The notes: generated by a model not told the origin, from the letters alone. A stretch of DNA of 64,000 nt from Magnetospiraceae bacterium (GCA_049605255.1 JBMYUJ010000002.1:9791-73790); one strand, 5' to 3'; counted from the stretch's first letter, positions 36,050 through 45,448 are shown. A program made the numbers and translations.

Positions 36050-36955
36050 CTATTCCGAAAGCAGGCCTACCAGAATATTGCGCAACCAGATATTGCCGGG
36101 GTCCTTATGATACCGGCGATGCCAAAACAGGTTGATTGGCGCTGGGGGAATGGCCACCGGATGGGCGCGCATTTCCAGATCCAGAATCTCCCGGGTTTGC
36201 AGCGCCAGCTTTTCGGTCACCGTCGCCACCAGATCGGTTTCCCGCACGATATAGGGCGCCGACATGAAGTTGGGCAGCCGCAAACGCTGGATACGGGTGA
36301 TACCTGACCGGGTGAGCCGCTTTTCCACCTGCCCATGCCAGGTGCCCTGCGCCTCGATCACCAGATGCAGCGCTTGGGAGAATCTCTCGATGGTCAACGG
36401 CCCCTGGGCCAGCGGGTGGCCCTTGCGCATCAGGCACACATAGGGCTGATCGAACAGCTTGCGCTGATAAAACCCCGCTTCCAATTGGGGGAGCAGGCCC
36501 ACCGCCATATCCACGGTGCCCGCCTCCATTTGGTCCTTCAGGGGCAATAGCCCATCCACCGCCGTGCTGATTTGGACCTGCGGCGCATGGCCTGCCAAAT
36601 ACCGCATCAGCTTGGGCAGGATATACATCTCCCCCAAATCGGTCATCGCCAAGCTAAAGACGCGTTCGCTGCGCGCGGGAACAAACGCGCTATCAATATT
36701 CAAGCCACTTTGCAGGGTGCTGAGGGCATAGGCGATCGACGGCGCAATACTGTCTGCGAACGGGGTGGGACGCATCCCCTTGGCGGTGCGTTCGAACAAT
36801 TCATCCCTCAGGTGGCGGCGCAATCGGGTAATCGCGTTGCTGACCGCAGGCTGGCTAACCCCCAGCGCCTCGGCCACGGCGACGGTTTTCCGCTCCCGAT
36901 ACATAAGGTTGAAGGTGACCAGCAGGTTGAGGTCTAGGTTTTGCAGCTTGATCAT
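36050..36955 (-). CDS. LysR-family transcriptional regulator
   Basis: The N-terminal HTH is YRERKTVAVAEALGVSQPAVSNAITRLR. The gene is divergent from the monooxygenase gene. Confidence 0.9.
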   Translation of the reverse strand: MIKLQNLDLNLLVTFNLMYRERKTVAVAEALGVSQPAVSNAITRLRRHLRDELFERTAKGMRPTPFADSIAPSIAYALSTLQSGLNIDSAFVPARSERVFSLAMTDLGEMYILPKLMRYLAGHAPQVQISTAVDGLLPLKDQMEAGTVDMAVGLLPQLEAGFYQRKLFDQPYVCLMRKGHPLAQGPLTIERFSQALHLVIEAQGTWHGQVEKRLTRSGITRIQRLRLPNFMSAPYIVRETDLVATVTEKLALQTREILDLEMRAHPVAIPPAPINLFWHRRYHKDPGNIWLRNILVGLLSE

Positions 36956-37141
36956 GGCGCTCTATTATAATTTCCGTGAATACTATATATTCATATTTTA
37001 AATTTCCTAGATATAACAAACTTCCGTATTTTGCCCCTTAATGAGGTTGCGGCCAGCCCTGCATACCCCGGGGCGGCGCTCGCCTAAAAATCCTTACGGA
37101 GGAGGCGATTATGCCGGACAACACCTTAGAATATTGCCATT

Positions 37142-38326
37142 GTGGGCGGTGGCATCGGGGGGCTCACCCTCGCCCTGGCCCTGCGGCGACGCGGCCTTTC
37201 GGCCACCATTTATGAACAGGCGGACGAACTGCGCGAAGTGGGCGCGGCCGTGGCCCTGTCGGCCAACGCCACCCGGTTCTATGACGAGCTGGGCCTGCGC
37301 CAACAGTTCGACGATGTGTGTTTTTCCATTTCCACCCTGATCTACCGGGATGGCCGTAGCGGGGTGATCATCGGCAAGCATAGCGGTGAACCTACCTATG
37401 AAGAACAATTCGGCGCCTGCTACTGGGGCATACACCGGGCGGACCTGCAGGCCATTTTGTCGCAGGCGGTGGGGCTGGAGAACATCCATCTGAGCAAGCG
37501 GCTGACCGATCTGGAGGATTCCGGCAAGGAAGTGGTGCTGCGCTTCGAAGACGGGTCCTCCGCCAACGCCGATCTGGTCATTGGCGCGGACGGCGCCCGG
37601 TCTTTCGTGCGCCAATGGATGCTCGGCTATGACGATGCGCTGTATTCCGGCTGCTCCGGCTTCCGGGGCATCGTGACGCCCGACCAGCTGGACCTTCTGC
37701 CCGACCCGGATGCGATCCAGTTCTGGGTCGGCCCGGGGCGCCATTTGCTGCATTATCCCATCGGCAACGGGGATCATAACTTCCTGCTGGTGGAGCGGAA
37801 CCCCTCCCCCTGGCCGTCCCGTGATTGGCGCATGCCCGCCGCGCAGGGCGAACAGCTTCCCGGTTTCGAGGACTGGCACCCCGCCGTGGTGCAGATGATC
37901 AGCGCGGTGCCCACCAGCGACCGCTGGGCCCTGTTCCACCGCCCGCCCCTAGGGCGCTGGACCAAGGGCCGGGTGACCCTGATCGGCGATGCCGCCCATG
38001 CCCTGGTGCCCCATCACGGCCAACGCGCCAATCAATCCATCGAAGACGCGGTCGTCCTGGCGGACAAGCTGGCGGACGGCGGGATGAAGGATATGGGGGA
38101 CGCCCTGGAAGCTTACGAGAAGCTCCGTCGCGGGCGGACCCGCAAGGTGCAGTTCGCCTCCATCACCACGGCGGATATCCTGCACCTGCCGGACGGTCCT
38201 GCCGCCGACATGCGCAATGCCCGTCTGGCCAATCGGGCCGAGGTTCTGCGTCATCTGGGTTGGATTCACGCCTTTGACCCGGCAACGCAAATCCCCACCG
38301 ACAAGCAAGGTGGCACCTGGCTTTAG
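37142..38326 (+). CDS. FAD-dependent aromatic-ring monooxygenase (salicylate/3-hydroxybenzoate hydroxylase-like), 5' end probably frameshifted
   Basis: GGGIGGLTLALAL, GADGARSFVR and GDAAHALVPHHGQRANQSIEDA motifs are present. The open frame begins only at GTG inside the Rossmann beta1-GxGxxG. A well-placed ATG (37111, GGAGG RBS) lies in another frame. Confidence 0.8.
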   Translation: MGGGIGGLTLALALRRRGLSATIYEQADELREVGAAVALSANATRFYDELGLRQQFDDVCFSISTLIYRDGRSGVIIGKHSGEPTYEEQFGACYWGIHRADLQAILSQAVGLENIHLSKRLTDLEDSGKEVVLRFEDGSSANADLVIGADGARSFVRQWMLGYDDALYSGCSGFRGIVTPDQLDLLPDPDAIQFWVGPGRHLLHYPIGNGDHNFLLVERNPSPWPSRDWRMPAAQGEQLPGFEDWHPAVVQMISAVPTSDRWALFHRPPLGRWTKGRVTLIGDAAHALVPHHGQRANQSIEDAVVLADKLADGGMKDMGDALEAYEKLRRGRTRKVQFASITTADILHLPDGPAADMRNARLANRAEVLRHLGWIHAFDPATQIPTDKQGGTWL

Positions 38327-38433
38327 AGCCGGATCGATGAATTCCTCGACTCCGGCTCTAAACAATATCTTAGAGGGCGATTCACGACTTAATTTGCATC
38401 AAATCATAAGCCCAAATTAAGTCGATCGCGCTC
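38326..38433 (-). mobile_element. MITE-like repeat, short 108-bp variant (family copy A)
   Basis: Bounded by GAGCCGGATCG and CGATCGCGCTC inverted termini and flanked by TA on both sides. Its reverse complement aligns with the copies at 50818 and 53515 but lacks the third hairpin. Confidence 0.75.
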
Positions 38434-38455
38434 TACCAACGGGAAACGCGGCGCG

Positions 38456-39040
38456 TCACATTGCCGACGTGGCGGTGGGTGGCGCGCCGTGCCGGTTTAA
38501 GACCCGCAGGAACGCGCCGACGGCGGCGCCCAAGGTAGTGGAATTATCCACCGTTTCCACGCGGCTTGCCGTCACCTGAACGGCCGCGGCCCGGGCCAAC
38601 CGCCGTTGCACATCCGCTTCATCCTCCCGGCCGCGCTGGCGCAGGCGTTCGGCTAAAATGTCCGGGGCGACGGTGACGTGGATGGTCACCACCTTGGGAA
38701 ATCGGTCTTCCGCCATGCCGATCACCGTTCGCGATACATTGATGACCACATTCTGGCCCCGCGCGATCTCTTTTTCGATTTCCGATGAAATCCCGTAATA
38801 CAGGCCATGGGCGCCCCAGGAGAGAGCGAAGGCACCTTCTTGTCGCAGGGCCTGAAAAGCGCTTTCGTCCAAAGCAATATGATCCTCGCCGCCTGCATCG
38901 GCAGCCCGGGTGATGTGGCGTTGGGGAAAAAGAAAGGAAGAGTCCGCGCCCAATTGCCGCTTCGCCCCCGCGATCAGGGAATCCTTGCCCGCACCGCTGG
39001 CACCGACCACAAGGAACACGCAACCCGGCCCAGTCTTCAC
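38456..39040 (-). CDS. phnN: Ribose 1,5-bisphosphate phosphokinase
   Basis: P-loop VVGASGAGKDSLI in a guanylate-kinase-like protein of PhnN size, within a phn locus. Confidence 0.8.
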   Translation of the reverse strand: MKTGPGCVFLVVGASGAGKDSLIAGAKRQLGADSSFLFPQRHITRAADAGGEDHIALDESAFQALRQEGAFALSWGAHGLYYGISSEIEKEIARGQNVVINVSRTVIGMAEDRFPKVVTIHVTVAPDILAERLRQRGREDEADVQRRLARAAAVQVTASRVETVDNSTTLGAAVGAFLRVLNRHGAPPTATSAM

Positions 39041-39828
39041 GGCTCTTCTCCCAATTCAACACACGCCAGATCCGCAAGCAGGCCATAATGATCGCTGGCA
39101 AATACCCCGCTGTCGGGATCGGAGGATTCGAGAACCCGCCGAACACTGGGTCGGCCTCCGCCACCCCCACCCACCAGAAGAATATGATCAACCGCGCCGT
39201 CCGGCCCGTCAACTGCCTGCAATGTGGAAAGCGGCACGCCATCCTCTCCACAAGCCGTCAACAGGCGCAAGGGTGGCTCAGAGACGCCCGCAATCCACTC
39301 ATGCAGCGGCGCGCCCGGCGCCGCATTGAAATCCCCGGCGACAATTCTCCTCTCGCCCCCCCACGGGTCGAGCGCCTGGAGGGCCGCCTGGAGTTGTGCA
39401 AGACGGCAGGCATGGGCATCTGGCAGATGGGTGAGGTGGAGATTGAGCAAACAGAGGCGTTCGTCCCCGACACGGCCCCGTACCATGAATCCAACGCGGT
39501 CGGGATCACGCGCGTCCAGCGGAAGGGCGATCTGTTGTTCCATAAGAACACGCCCGCGCAGCAGTACCCCTAAACCGGAAAAGCAGCGCCGGGATACCCC
39601 CTCAACGTCGCGCCACTTATCTCGGGCAGGGCAGAACGCGGGCGCAAGCTCCAAGGCCTCAGCCAGATACCCCGTCGTGTCCAAGGATGTTCCCGGCACG
39701 GACAAGGCCTCTTGCAGGAACACAATGTCGGGAGACAGCGCGGCCAACCCCCGCGCCATGGCGTGCAGGCGGGCGGTATAGGAGCCATCCCCCTTCCAGG
39801 TATTCAAAGTAATGATGCGCAGGCTCAT
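39037..39828 (-). CDS. Endonuclease/exonuclease/phosphatase (EEP) family protein, translationally coupled to phnN
   Basis: MSLRIITLNTWKG, IVFLQE, GDFNA and SDHYGL are EEP catalytic motifs. The stop shares an ATGA overlap with the phnN start. Confidence 0.75.
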   Translation of the reverse strand: MSLRIITLNTWKGDGSYTARLHAMARGLAALSPDIVFLQEALSVPGTSLDTTGYLAEALELAPAFCPARDKWRDVEGVSRRCFSGLGVLLRGRVLMEQQIALPLDARDPDRVGFMVRGRVGDERLCLLNLHLTHLPDAHACRLAQLQAALQALDPWGGERRIVAGDFNAAPGAPLHEWIAGVSEPPLRLLTACGEDGVPLSTLQAVDGPDGAVDHILLVGGGGGGRPSVRRVLESSDPDSGVFASDHYGLLADLACVELGEEP

Positions 39829-39963
39829 GGGGAGGGAATTACCCGGTCTCGGCGCCGCCCCGGTGACAATCCCGTTAAAGTTCAATGACGCGAGCGGAAA
39901 CTTCTTGTGTGTCTCCGGCCAACGATCACTCTGGCGGCCCCTTGGTAATCGGAGGACCGGAAA

Positions 39964-40587
39964 ATGTCGAAGCAATTGGGGATGGCGCCGCTGATTCATC
40001 CCACGGCGCAAATCTCGGACTGCCAATTCGGCTGCTATAACGAGGTCGGCGCCCGCACCAAGATGACCGAAACCCGGTTCGGCGACTACAGCTACGTGGT
40101 CGAGGACGCTGACATCATCTATGCCAAGATCGGCAAGTTCTGCTCCCTCGCCAGGGGGGTGCGGATCAATCCCGGTAATCACCCGCTAGACCGGGCGGCG
40201 CTGCATCATTTTACCTATCGCGCGCGGCGGTTTGACCTCGGGGACGACGACGACACCTTTTTCGATTGGCGTCGAAAATTCTCGGTGACTCTCGGCCATG
40301 ATGTCTGGATCGGCCATGGCGCGGTGGTACTGCCGGGGATCACCATCGGCACCGGGGCGGCGGTGGGGGCCGGGGCGGTGGTTACCCAGGATGTGGCGCC
40401 GTTCACCATCGTCGTGGGAACACCGGCCAAGCCGGTGCACAAACGGTTCGACGAGGCCACCATCGCGGCATTGCTGGATCTGGCTTGGTGGGATTGGCCC
40501 CACGACCGGCTGCGCGCTGCCCTGTCCGACTTCCAAAAACTGAGCGCCGCCGACTTCGCAGCCAAGCATGCGGACCGCCCGCGTTGA
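39964..40587 (+). CDS. Hexapeptide-repeat acetyltransferase of the phosphonate-cluster type
   Basis: GHDVWIGHGAVVLPGITIGTGAAVGAGAVVTQDV is a left-handed beta-helix repeat. Similar transferases accompany alphaproteobacterial phn clusters. Confidence 0.75.
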   Translation: MSKQLGMAPLIHPTAQISDCQFGCYNEVGARTKMTETRFGDYSYVVEDADIIYAKIGKFCSLARGVRINPGNHPLDRAALHHFTYRARRFDLGDDDDTFFDWRRKFSVTLGHDVWIGHGAVVLPGITIGTGAAVGAGAVVTQDVAPFTIVVGTPAKPVHKRFDEATIAALLDLAWWDWPHDRLRAALSDFQKLSAADFAAKHADRPR

Positions 40588-40606
40588 CCCGACAACTGCA
40601 GCCAAT

Positions 40607-40622
40607 CGTCTAGAAATAGACG
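40607..40622. promoter_or_regulatory. Candidate PhnF (HutC/GntR) operator upstream of phnC
   Basis: CGTCTAGAAATAGACG is an inverted repeat (GTCTA-N4-TAGAC). It shares GTCTAGA with the sites in the phnF-phnG intergenic region. Confidence 0.35.
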
Positions 40623-40710
40623 CCTGTTGTTCACACAAGCGTAAACAAGACGACACGAAAGAGTCTGTGACTCCGCTTAAAGATGACCCTGTGCATCGAA
40701 GGAGCCACGG

Positions 40711-41571
40711 ATGTCGCCAGCTATCGAAGTCAAAAAGCTCAGCAAGACCTTTCGTCGAAGTGGCAAGGCTCTCGATGATGTGTCCTTGCTTATCGAACCC
40801 GGCGAAATGGTCGCCCTGATTGGCGCCTCTGGTTCCGGCAAATCGACCCTGCTGCGCCATATGGCGGGCTTGGTTCACGCCGATGCGACGCCTGATTGTT
40901 GCCAGGTTACCGTGCGGGGTCACGTTATTCAAAGAGCAGGCAAATTGTCGCGAAGCGCGCGCAAAAGCCGGGCGGAAATCGGCTTTGTGTTCCAGCAATT
41001 CAATCTCGTGGGGCGTCTCTCTGTTCTGACCAACGTTTGCCTCGGATTTCTGGGCAGCATCTCTGGGTTCCGCGGGACGCTGGGCCTTTTTTCCAAGTCA
41101 GAAAAATTGCAGGCCATGGAAGCGCTGCATCGGGTCGGCATCGGCCGAACCGCAACCCAGCGCGCCTCAACCCTATCGGGTGGGCAACAACAGCGGGCGG
41201 CCATCGCCCGCACCCTGGTGCAAGGGGCCCAGTTGATCCTGGCAGACGAGCCTATCGCGTCGCTGGACCCGGCCTCCTCCGTTCGGGTGATGGAAAACCT
41301 GCGCGAAATCAACCGGCAAGACGGCATTACGGTCGTGGTGTCGCTCCATCAGGTGGAATATGCCAAGAAATACTGCCCGCGGACCGTCGCCCTGCGGGAC
41401 GGAAAGATCGTCTTCGACGGCCCCAGCGAGGCCCTGGTGCCCGAGTTCCTGATGGAGCTCTATGGCGCCGAAAGCGAGGAACTTCTGGTCGAAGATCATC
41501 CCAAGCCCAAGACCGCGAATAGTGCGGCGGACATGGGTGACGACGCACTGGCCCTGGCGGGAGCCGTTTAA
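40711..41571 (+). CDS. phnC: Phosphonate ABC transporter ATP-binding protein
   Basis: Walker [12 protein letters not shown], signature [13 protein letters not shown], Walker B LILADEP. Confidence 0.92.
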   Translation: MSPAIEVKKLSKTFRRSGKALDDVSLLIEPGEMVALIGASGSGKSTLLRHMAGLVHADATPDCCQVTVRGHVIQRAGKLSRSARKSRAEIGFVFQQFNLVGRLSVLTNVCLGFLGSISGFRGTLGLFSKSEKLQAMEALHRVGIGRTATQRASTLSGGQQQRAAIARTLVQGAQLILADEPIASLDPASSVRVMENLREINRQDGITVVVSLHQVEYAKKYCPRTVALRDGKIVFDGPSEALVPEFLMELYGAESEELLVEDHPKPKTANSAADMGDDALALAGAV

Positions 41572-41645
41572 GACCTCCAACCCGCCATATGAATTTCCGA
41601 AAAATTACCCCACCCCAAACCTGACACGAAAGAAGGAACGACACC

Positions 41646-42659
41646 ATGTTACGTAAGTTGTTTGCCGGTGCCGCCATCGCGGCCATGGCTCTGACCGGAG
41701 CCGCCAATGCGGAACCGACCTTCAAGCCTTTGGACGGTGATCCGACCGAATTGAATTTCGGGATCATCTCCACCGAATCCAGCTCCAACCTGAAAGAACA
41801 GTGGCTGCCCCTGATCGCCGATATGGAAAAGGCCCTGGGCATGAAGGTCAATGCGTTCTTCGCGCCCGATTATGCCGGGATCATCGAAGGCATGCGTTTC
41901 GGCAAGGTGCACGTGGCCTGGTTCGGCAATAAGTCCGGCATGGAAGCCGTGGACCGCGCGGGCGGCGAAGTCTTCGCGCAAACCTCCAAAGGCGATGGCA
42001 CCCAAGGGTACTATTCCCACATCATCACCCATGTGGATAACAAGGACATCAACAGCCTTGAAGACATCTTCAAATGCGACAAGTCCTTGAACTTCGGCAT
42101 CGGCGACCCGAACTCCACCTCCGGCTTCCTGGTGCCGTCCTACTATGTGTTCGCGAAAAACGGTGTGGAGCCGAAAAACTGCTTCAAGACCGTGCGTAAC
42201 GCCAACCACGAAACCAACCTGATGGCCGTGGCCAACAAGCAGGTTCACGTGGCCGCCAACAACTCCGAACAAATTGGCCGTTCCAAGCTGAAAGCGCCTG
42301 AAAAAGCCGCGCAAATCAAAGTGATTTGGACCTCTCCGCTGATCCCGTCCGACCCCATGGTCTACCGCAAGGACATGAGCAAGGAACTGAAGACCAAGAT
42401 CAAGGGCTTCTTCCTGGGCTATGGCCGCTTCGGCGATGTGGAACATGCCAAAGAGGTGCTGAACGGCATCTCCGACGGCAACGGCCTGTTCATGGAAAGC
42501 AACAACACCCAACTGTATCCGATCCGCCAACTTGCCCTGTTCAAGGACAAGGTCAAAACCGAAGGGTCGGAAGGCATGTCCAGCGATGACAAAGCCGAGA
42601 AGATTTCCGCCATTGAGAAGAAATTGGCTGACCTGGATATCCTGGTCGCCAACCAATAA
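41646..42659 (+). CDS. phnD: Phosphonate ABC transporter periplasmic binding protein
   Basis: Signal peptide MLRKLFAGAAIAAMALTGAANA. PhnD-like motifs LNFGIISTESS and FGIGDPNSTSGFLVP. Confidence 0.9.
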   Translation: MLRKLFAGAAIAAMALTGAANAEPTFKPLDGDPTELNFGIISTESSSNLKEQWLPLIADMEKALGMKVNAFFAPDYAGIIEGMRFGKVHVAWFGNKSGMEAVDRAGGEVFAQTSKGDGTQGYYSHIITHVDNKDINSLEDIFKCDKSLNFGIGDPNSTSGFLVPSYYVFAKNGVEPKNCFKTVRNANHETNLMAVANKQVHVAANNSEQIGRSKLKAPEKAAQIKVIWTSPLIPSDPMVYRKDMSKELKTKIKGFFLGYGRFGDVEHAKEVLNGISDGNGLFMESNNTQLYPIRQLALFKDKVKTEGSEGMSSDDKAEKISAIEKKLADLDILVANQ

Positions 42660-42676
42660 ACCATAGCACCTCTTAC

Positions 42677-42703
42677 GGCGCCCGGATAAGTAAACCGGGC
42701 GCC
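42677..42703 (+). terminator. Hairpin after phnD (partial terminator or attenuator)
   Basis: GGCGCCCGG-ATAAGTAAA-CCGGGCGCC is a perfect 9-bp stem followed by GTTT. The U-tract is weak. Confidence 0.45.
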
Positions 42704-42734
42704 GTTTCCACGCAGGAATGCGGAGATCGCCACC

Positions 42735-43541
42735 ATGTCTGACACCGCCCCCATGTCTTCCAGCGTCAACCTCCCGCCACGTGACTTGAAACGCTCGACG
42801 ACCTCTTTAGTGATCTGGGGCGTGTTGGCGGGCTTGCTGATGCTTTCCTGGGAAGGGGCCGACATGCGGCCCTGGTCATTGGTGGAAAACGCCCAAAACA
42901 TGGTGGATTTCAGTGTCGGGTTTTTCCCGCCCAATTTCACCGAATGGAAAATGTATCTGCGCGAGATGTGGATCACGATCCAGATCGCCATCTGGGGCAC
43001 CGCCCTGGCGGTGGTCTGCGCCATTCCTTTCGGTATCCTGTCCTCTGAAAATATCGTGCCTTTTTGGGTTTATCAGCCGGTGCGCCGCCTAATGGACGCG
43101 GCCCGGGCGATCAACGAAATGGTCTTTGCCATGCTGTTCGTGGTTGCCGTGGGCTTGGGCCCGTTTGCCGGGGTTCTGGCCCTGTGGGTGCATACCACGG
43201 GTATCCTGGCCAAGCTGTTTTCTGAAGCCGTCGAGGCCATCGATCCGCGCCCGGTGGAGGGCATCCGGGCCATTGGTGCCAGCAAACTGCAAGAGGTGGT
43301 TTACGGTGTGATCCCGCAAGTTCTGCCCTTGTGGATTTCCTACTCGCTGTATCGTTTTGAATCCAATGTGCGGTCTGCCACGGTGCTCGGCATCGTCGGA
43401 GCTGGCGGTGTGGGCATGATCCTGTGGGAGAACGTGCGGGGGTTTTATTATGCGGAAACCGCGGCGGTGATGATCATCATCATCCTGTCGGTCAGCCTGC
43501 TGGATATCCTTTCCCAGCGGCTGCGCAAGTTGGTGACCTGA
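42735..43541 (+). CDS. phnE: Phosphonate ABC transporter permease
   Basis: Polytopic membrane protein with the [17 protein letters not shown] motif (EAA loop of PhnE). Confidence 0.9.
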   Translation: MSDTAPMSSSVNLPPRDLKRSTTSLVIWGVLAGLLMLSWEGADMRPWSLVENAQNMVDFSVGFFPPNFTEWKMYLREMWITIQIAIWGTALAVVCAIPFGILSSENIVPFWVYQPVRRLMDAARAINEMVFAMLFVVAVGLGPFAGVLALWVHTTGILAKLFSEAVEAIDPRPVEGIRAIGASKLQEVVYGVIPQVLPLWISYSLYRFESNVRSATVLGIVGAGGVGMILWENVRGFYYAETAAVMIIIILSVSLLDILSQRLRKLVT

Positions 43542-43559
43542 GAAGGCACAGTCTGAATC

Positions 43560-44303
43560 CTAAAAATCAAACACAAGCTGCGTGCGATCCCCTGCCCAGA
43601 CCGTGACCCCGAAGCTCAAGGGCTGGTCCACGGGATCGATATCCACCGCCTCGGTCACCAGAACGGGGCGGGTGACCGGCTGCTTCAAAAGCTCCGCTTC
43701 CTCCCGGCTTGGCAAACGGCCCATGACCCGGGTGGTCTTGCGGAAATAATCCTCCACCCCGCAATGGCGAAGCGCCTGGGTGATCGACCGGGTTTCGACG
43801 GCGAATTCGGCAAGATCGGGGAATCTCTTTTTCTCGAAATAGGTCTCGGAGAGGCCCAACGGTCGCCCATCCAACTCGGAAACCGCCCGGATTTGCAGCA
43901 CCACAGCCTGGACAGAAATGCCAAGCGGTGCGGCGATACGGCGCCCGGCCCGCAGGGTCGCGGTGGCCAAAATCACCCGCCCTTGCGATCGCCCCGTGCG
44001 CATCACGGTTTCCGTAAACCGGGTGCGCCGCCGGATGGGATAGTCCAACACATTTTCCTGCACGAAGGTGCCGCGCCCCTGATCGGCACGCAGCAGCCCT
44101 TTTTCGGTCAGATCGGCAATGGCCCGGCGCACCGTATGACGGTTCACCCCGAACTGCTGGGCAAAGGCATTTTCCGTCGGCAACCGCGCGCCTGCGCCGA
44201 TACGGCCCGATAGCACATCGTCTCGGATCTGGGCGCTGATCTGCCGCCACAAGGGGGCGCCCTTGGCGCGCGCCAATCCAGCCAGACTATTTTTTTCCGT
44301 CAT
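43560..44303 (-). CDS. phnF: GntR/HutC-family phosphonate-utilisation regulator
   Basis: Winged helix LPTENAFAQQFGVNRHTVRRAIADL plus a UTRA-like C-terminus. The gene is divergent from phnG. Confidence 0.88.
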   Translation of the reverse strand: MTEKNSLAGLARAKGAPLWRQISAQIRDDVLSGRIGAGARLPTENAFAQQFGVNRHTVRRAIADLTEKGLLRADQGRGTFVQENVLDYPIRRRTRFTETVMRTGRSQGRVILATATLRAGRRIAAPLGISVQAVVLQIRAVSELDGRPLGLSETYFEKKRFPDLAEFAVETRSITQALRHCGVEDYFRKTTRVMGRLPSREEAELLKQPVTRPVLVTEAVDIDPVDQPLSFGVTVWAGDRTQLVFDF

Positions 44304-44348
44304 AAATTTATCACGACTAGGGGGTTTAAACCGTAACGTGAATAGAAT

Positions 44349-44378
44349 AATGTCTAGACAAATAATTGTCTAGATAAA
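44349..44378. promoter_or_regulatory. Two candidate PhnF operators in the phnF-phnG divergent region
   Basis: AATGTCTAGACAAAT contains the perfect palindrome TGTCTAGACA, and AATTGTCTAGATAAAT follows 16 bp on. The core resembles the GTCTAGAC of HutC-family (DasR/NagR-type) operators. Confidence 0.55.
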
Positions 44379-44392
44379 TTTTTGGGTTGTCT

Positions 44393-44860
44393 ATGTTGCA
44401 AGATCAAAAGACCGCAGAAAAACAACCATCACCAGACCATCAGCAACGCCAGCGTTGGATGGCACAACTTGCTCGTCTGCCCGGGGCACAACTGGAATCC
44501 CTGTGGGACGGCGTCGACAATAAACCGGCTTATACGATGCTGCGTGCCCCGGAAACCGGCTTGGTGATGGTGCGTGGGCGTGCGGGCGGCACCGGCACCA
44601 AATTCAATCTGGGCGAAATGACCGTCACCCGTTGTGTGGTGCGGCTGGCCAATGGCTACCAAGGTGTCTCCTATGTATCTGGCCGGGATAAACGCCAGGC
44701 GGAACTGGCGGCGGTTTTCGATGGTCTTTTGCAGGCGGGAGATCTGGATGCGGAAACTCTGACCCCCGCCACCGAAGAGGCCGCCCAGCGCGATGCCGCG
44801 CGGGCGGGCAAGGTCGCCGCGACAAAAGTTGATTTCTTCACCATGGTCCGGGGGGAATGA
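44393..44860 (+). CDS. phnG: C-P lyase core complex subunit PhnG
   Basis: RQRWMAQLA..APETGLVMVRGR..VTRCVVRL..GRDKRQAELAAV..KVDFFTMVRGE parallels E. coli PhnG. The ORF track starts 6 nt earlier at a TTG. Confidence 0.92.
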   Translation: MLQDQKTAEKQPSPDHQQRQRWMAQLARLPGAQLESLWDGVDNKPAYTMLRAPETGLVMVRGRAGGTGTKFNLGEMTVTRCVVRLANGYQGVSYVSGRDKRQAELAAVFDGLLQAGDLDAETLTPATEEAAQRDAARAGKVAATKVDFFTMVRGE

Positions 44861-45447
44861 ACATGGACCTCGCCCCCGCCCCCATCCTGCCGGGCTTCCC
44901 CGATTCCGTGACGGCATCGCAACGGGTTTTCCGGGCGGTGCTGACCGCGCTGTCTCAACCTGGCCTGATTGTGCCGTTGGTTGACCTACTGGAATGCCCC
45001 GCGCCGCTACGCCCGACCACCAATGCGGTCCTGCTGGCATTGGCGGATTTCGAGACACCCGTGTGGCTCGATCCCGAATTCACCGGCGCCCACGATCATT
45101 TGACCTTCCATTGCGGTTGCCCGGTAACCGACAATCCTGGGGAGGCCGCGTTCGCGGTGGCGAGCGCCCCCCCGGACCTCGCGCAATTCGCCTGGGGCTC
45201 GCCGGAGTATCCGGAACGTTCCACCACGGTGATAATTCAAGTTCCCGATCTGAAACCGGCGTCGGGGGTGCGCCTTACCGGACCGGGGATCGCCCAATAC
45301 AAGGAACTTGCTGTGGACGGCCTGGACGCCTCCTTTTGGGATCAATTGGATGGCAATATCGCCGCATTCCCTTGCGGTATCGATGTGATTTTCGCGGCGG
45401 CAGACAAGATCGCCGCCTTGCCCCGCACCACTCGGGTGGAGAGATAA
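44857..45447 (+). CDS. phnH: C-P lyase subunit PhnH
   Basis: SQRVFRAVLTALSQPG and FPCGIDVIF match PhnH. The start shares an ATGA overlap with phnG. Confidence 0.9.
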   Translation: MNMDLAPAPILPGFPDSVTASQRVFRAVLTALSQPGLIVPLVDLLECPAPLRPTTNAVLLALADFETPVWLDPEFTGAHDHLTFHCGCPVTDNPGEAAFAVASAPPDLAQFAWGSPEYPERSTTVIIQVPDLKPASGVRLTGPGIAQYKELAVDGLDASFWDQLDGNIAAFPCGIDVIFAAADKIAALPRTTRVER

Positions 45448-45448
45448 C

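Noticed and set aside
37041-37340. A 99-aa plus-strand ORF and the 276-aa minus-strand ORF (37109..37939) overlapping the monooxygenase gene.
   Set aside because: The monooxygenase frame carries the diagnostic FAD-binding motifs. The overlapping frames are low-complexity, GC-driven ORFs.
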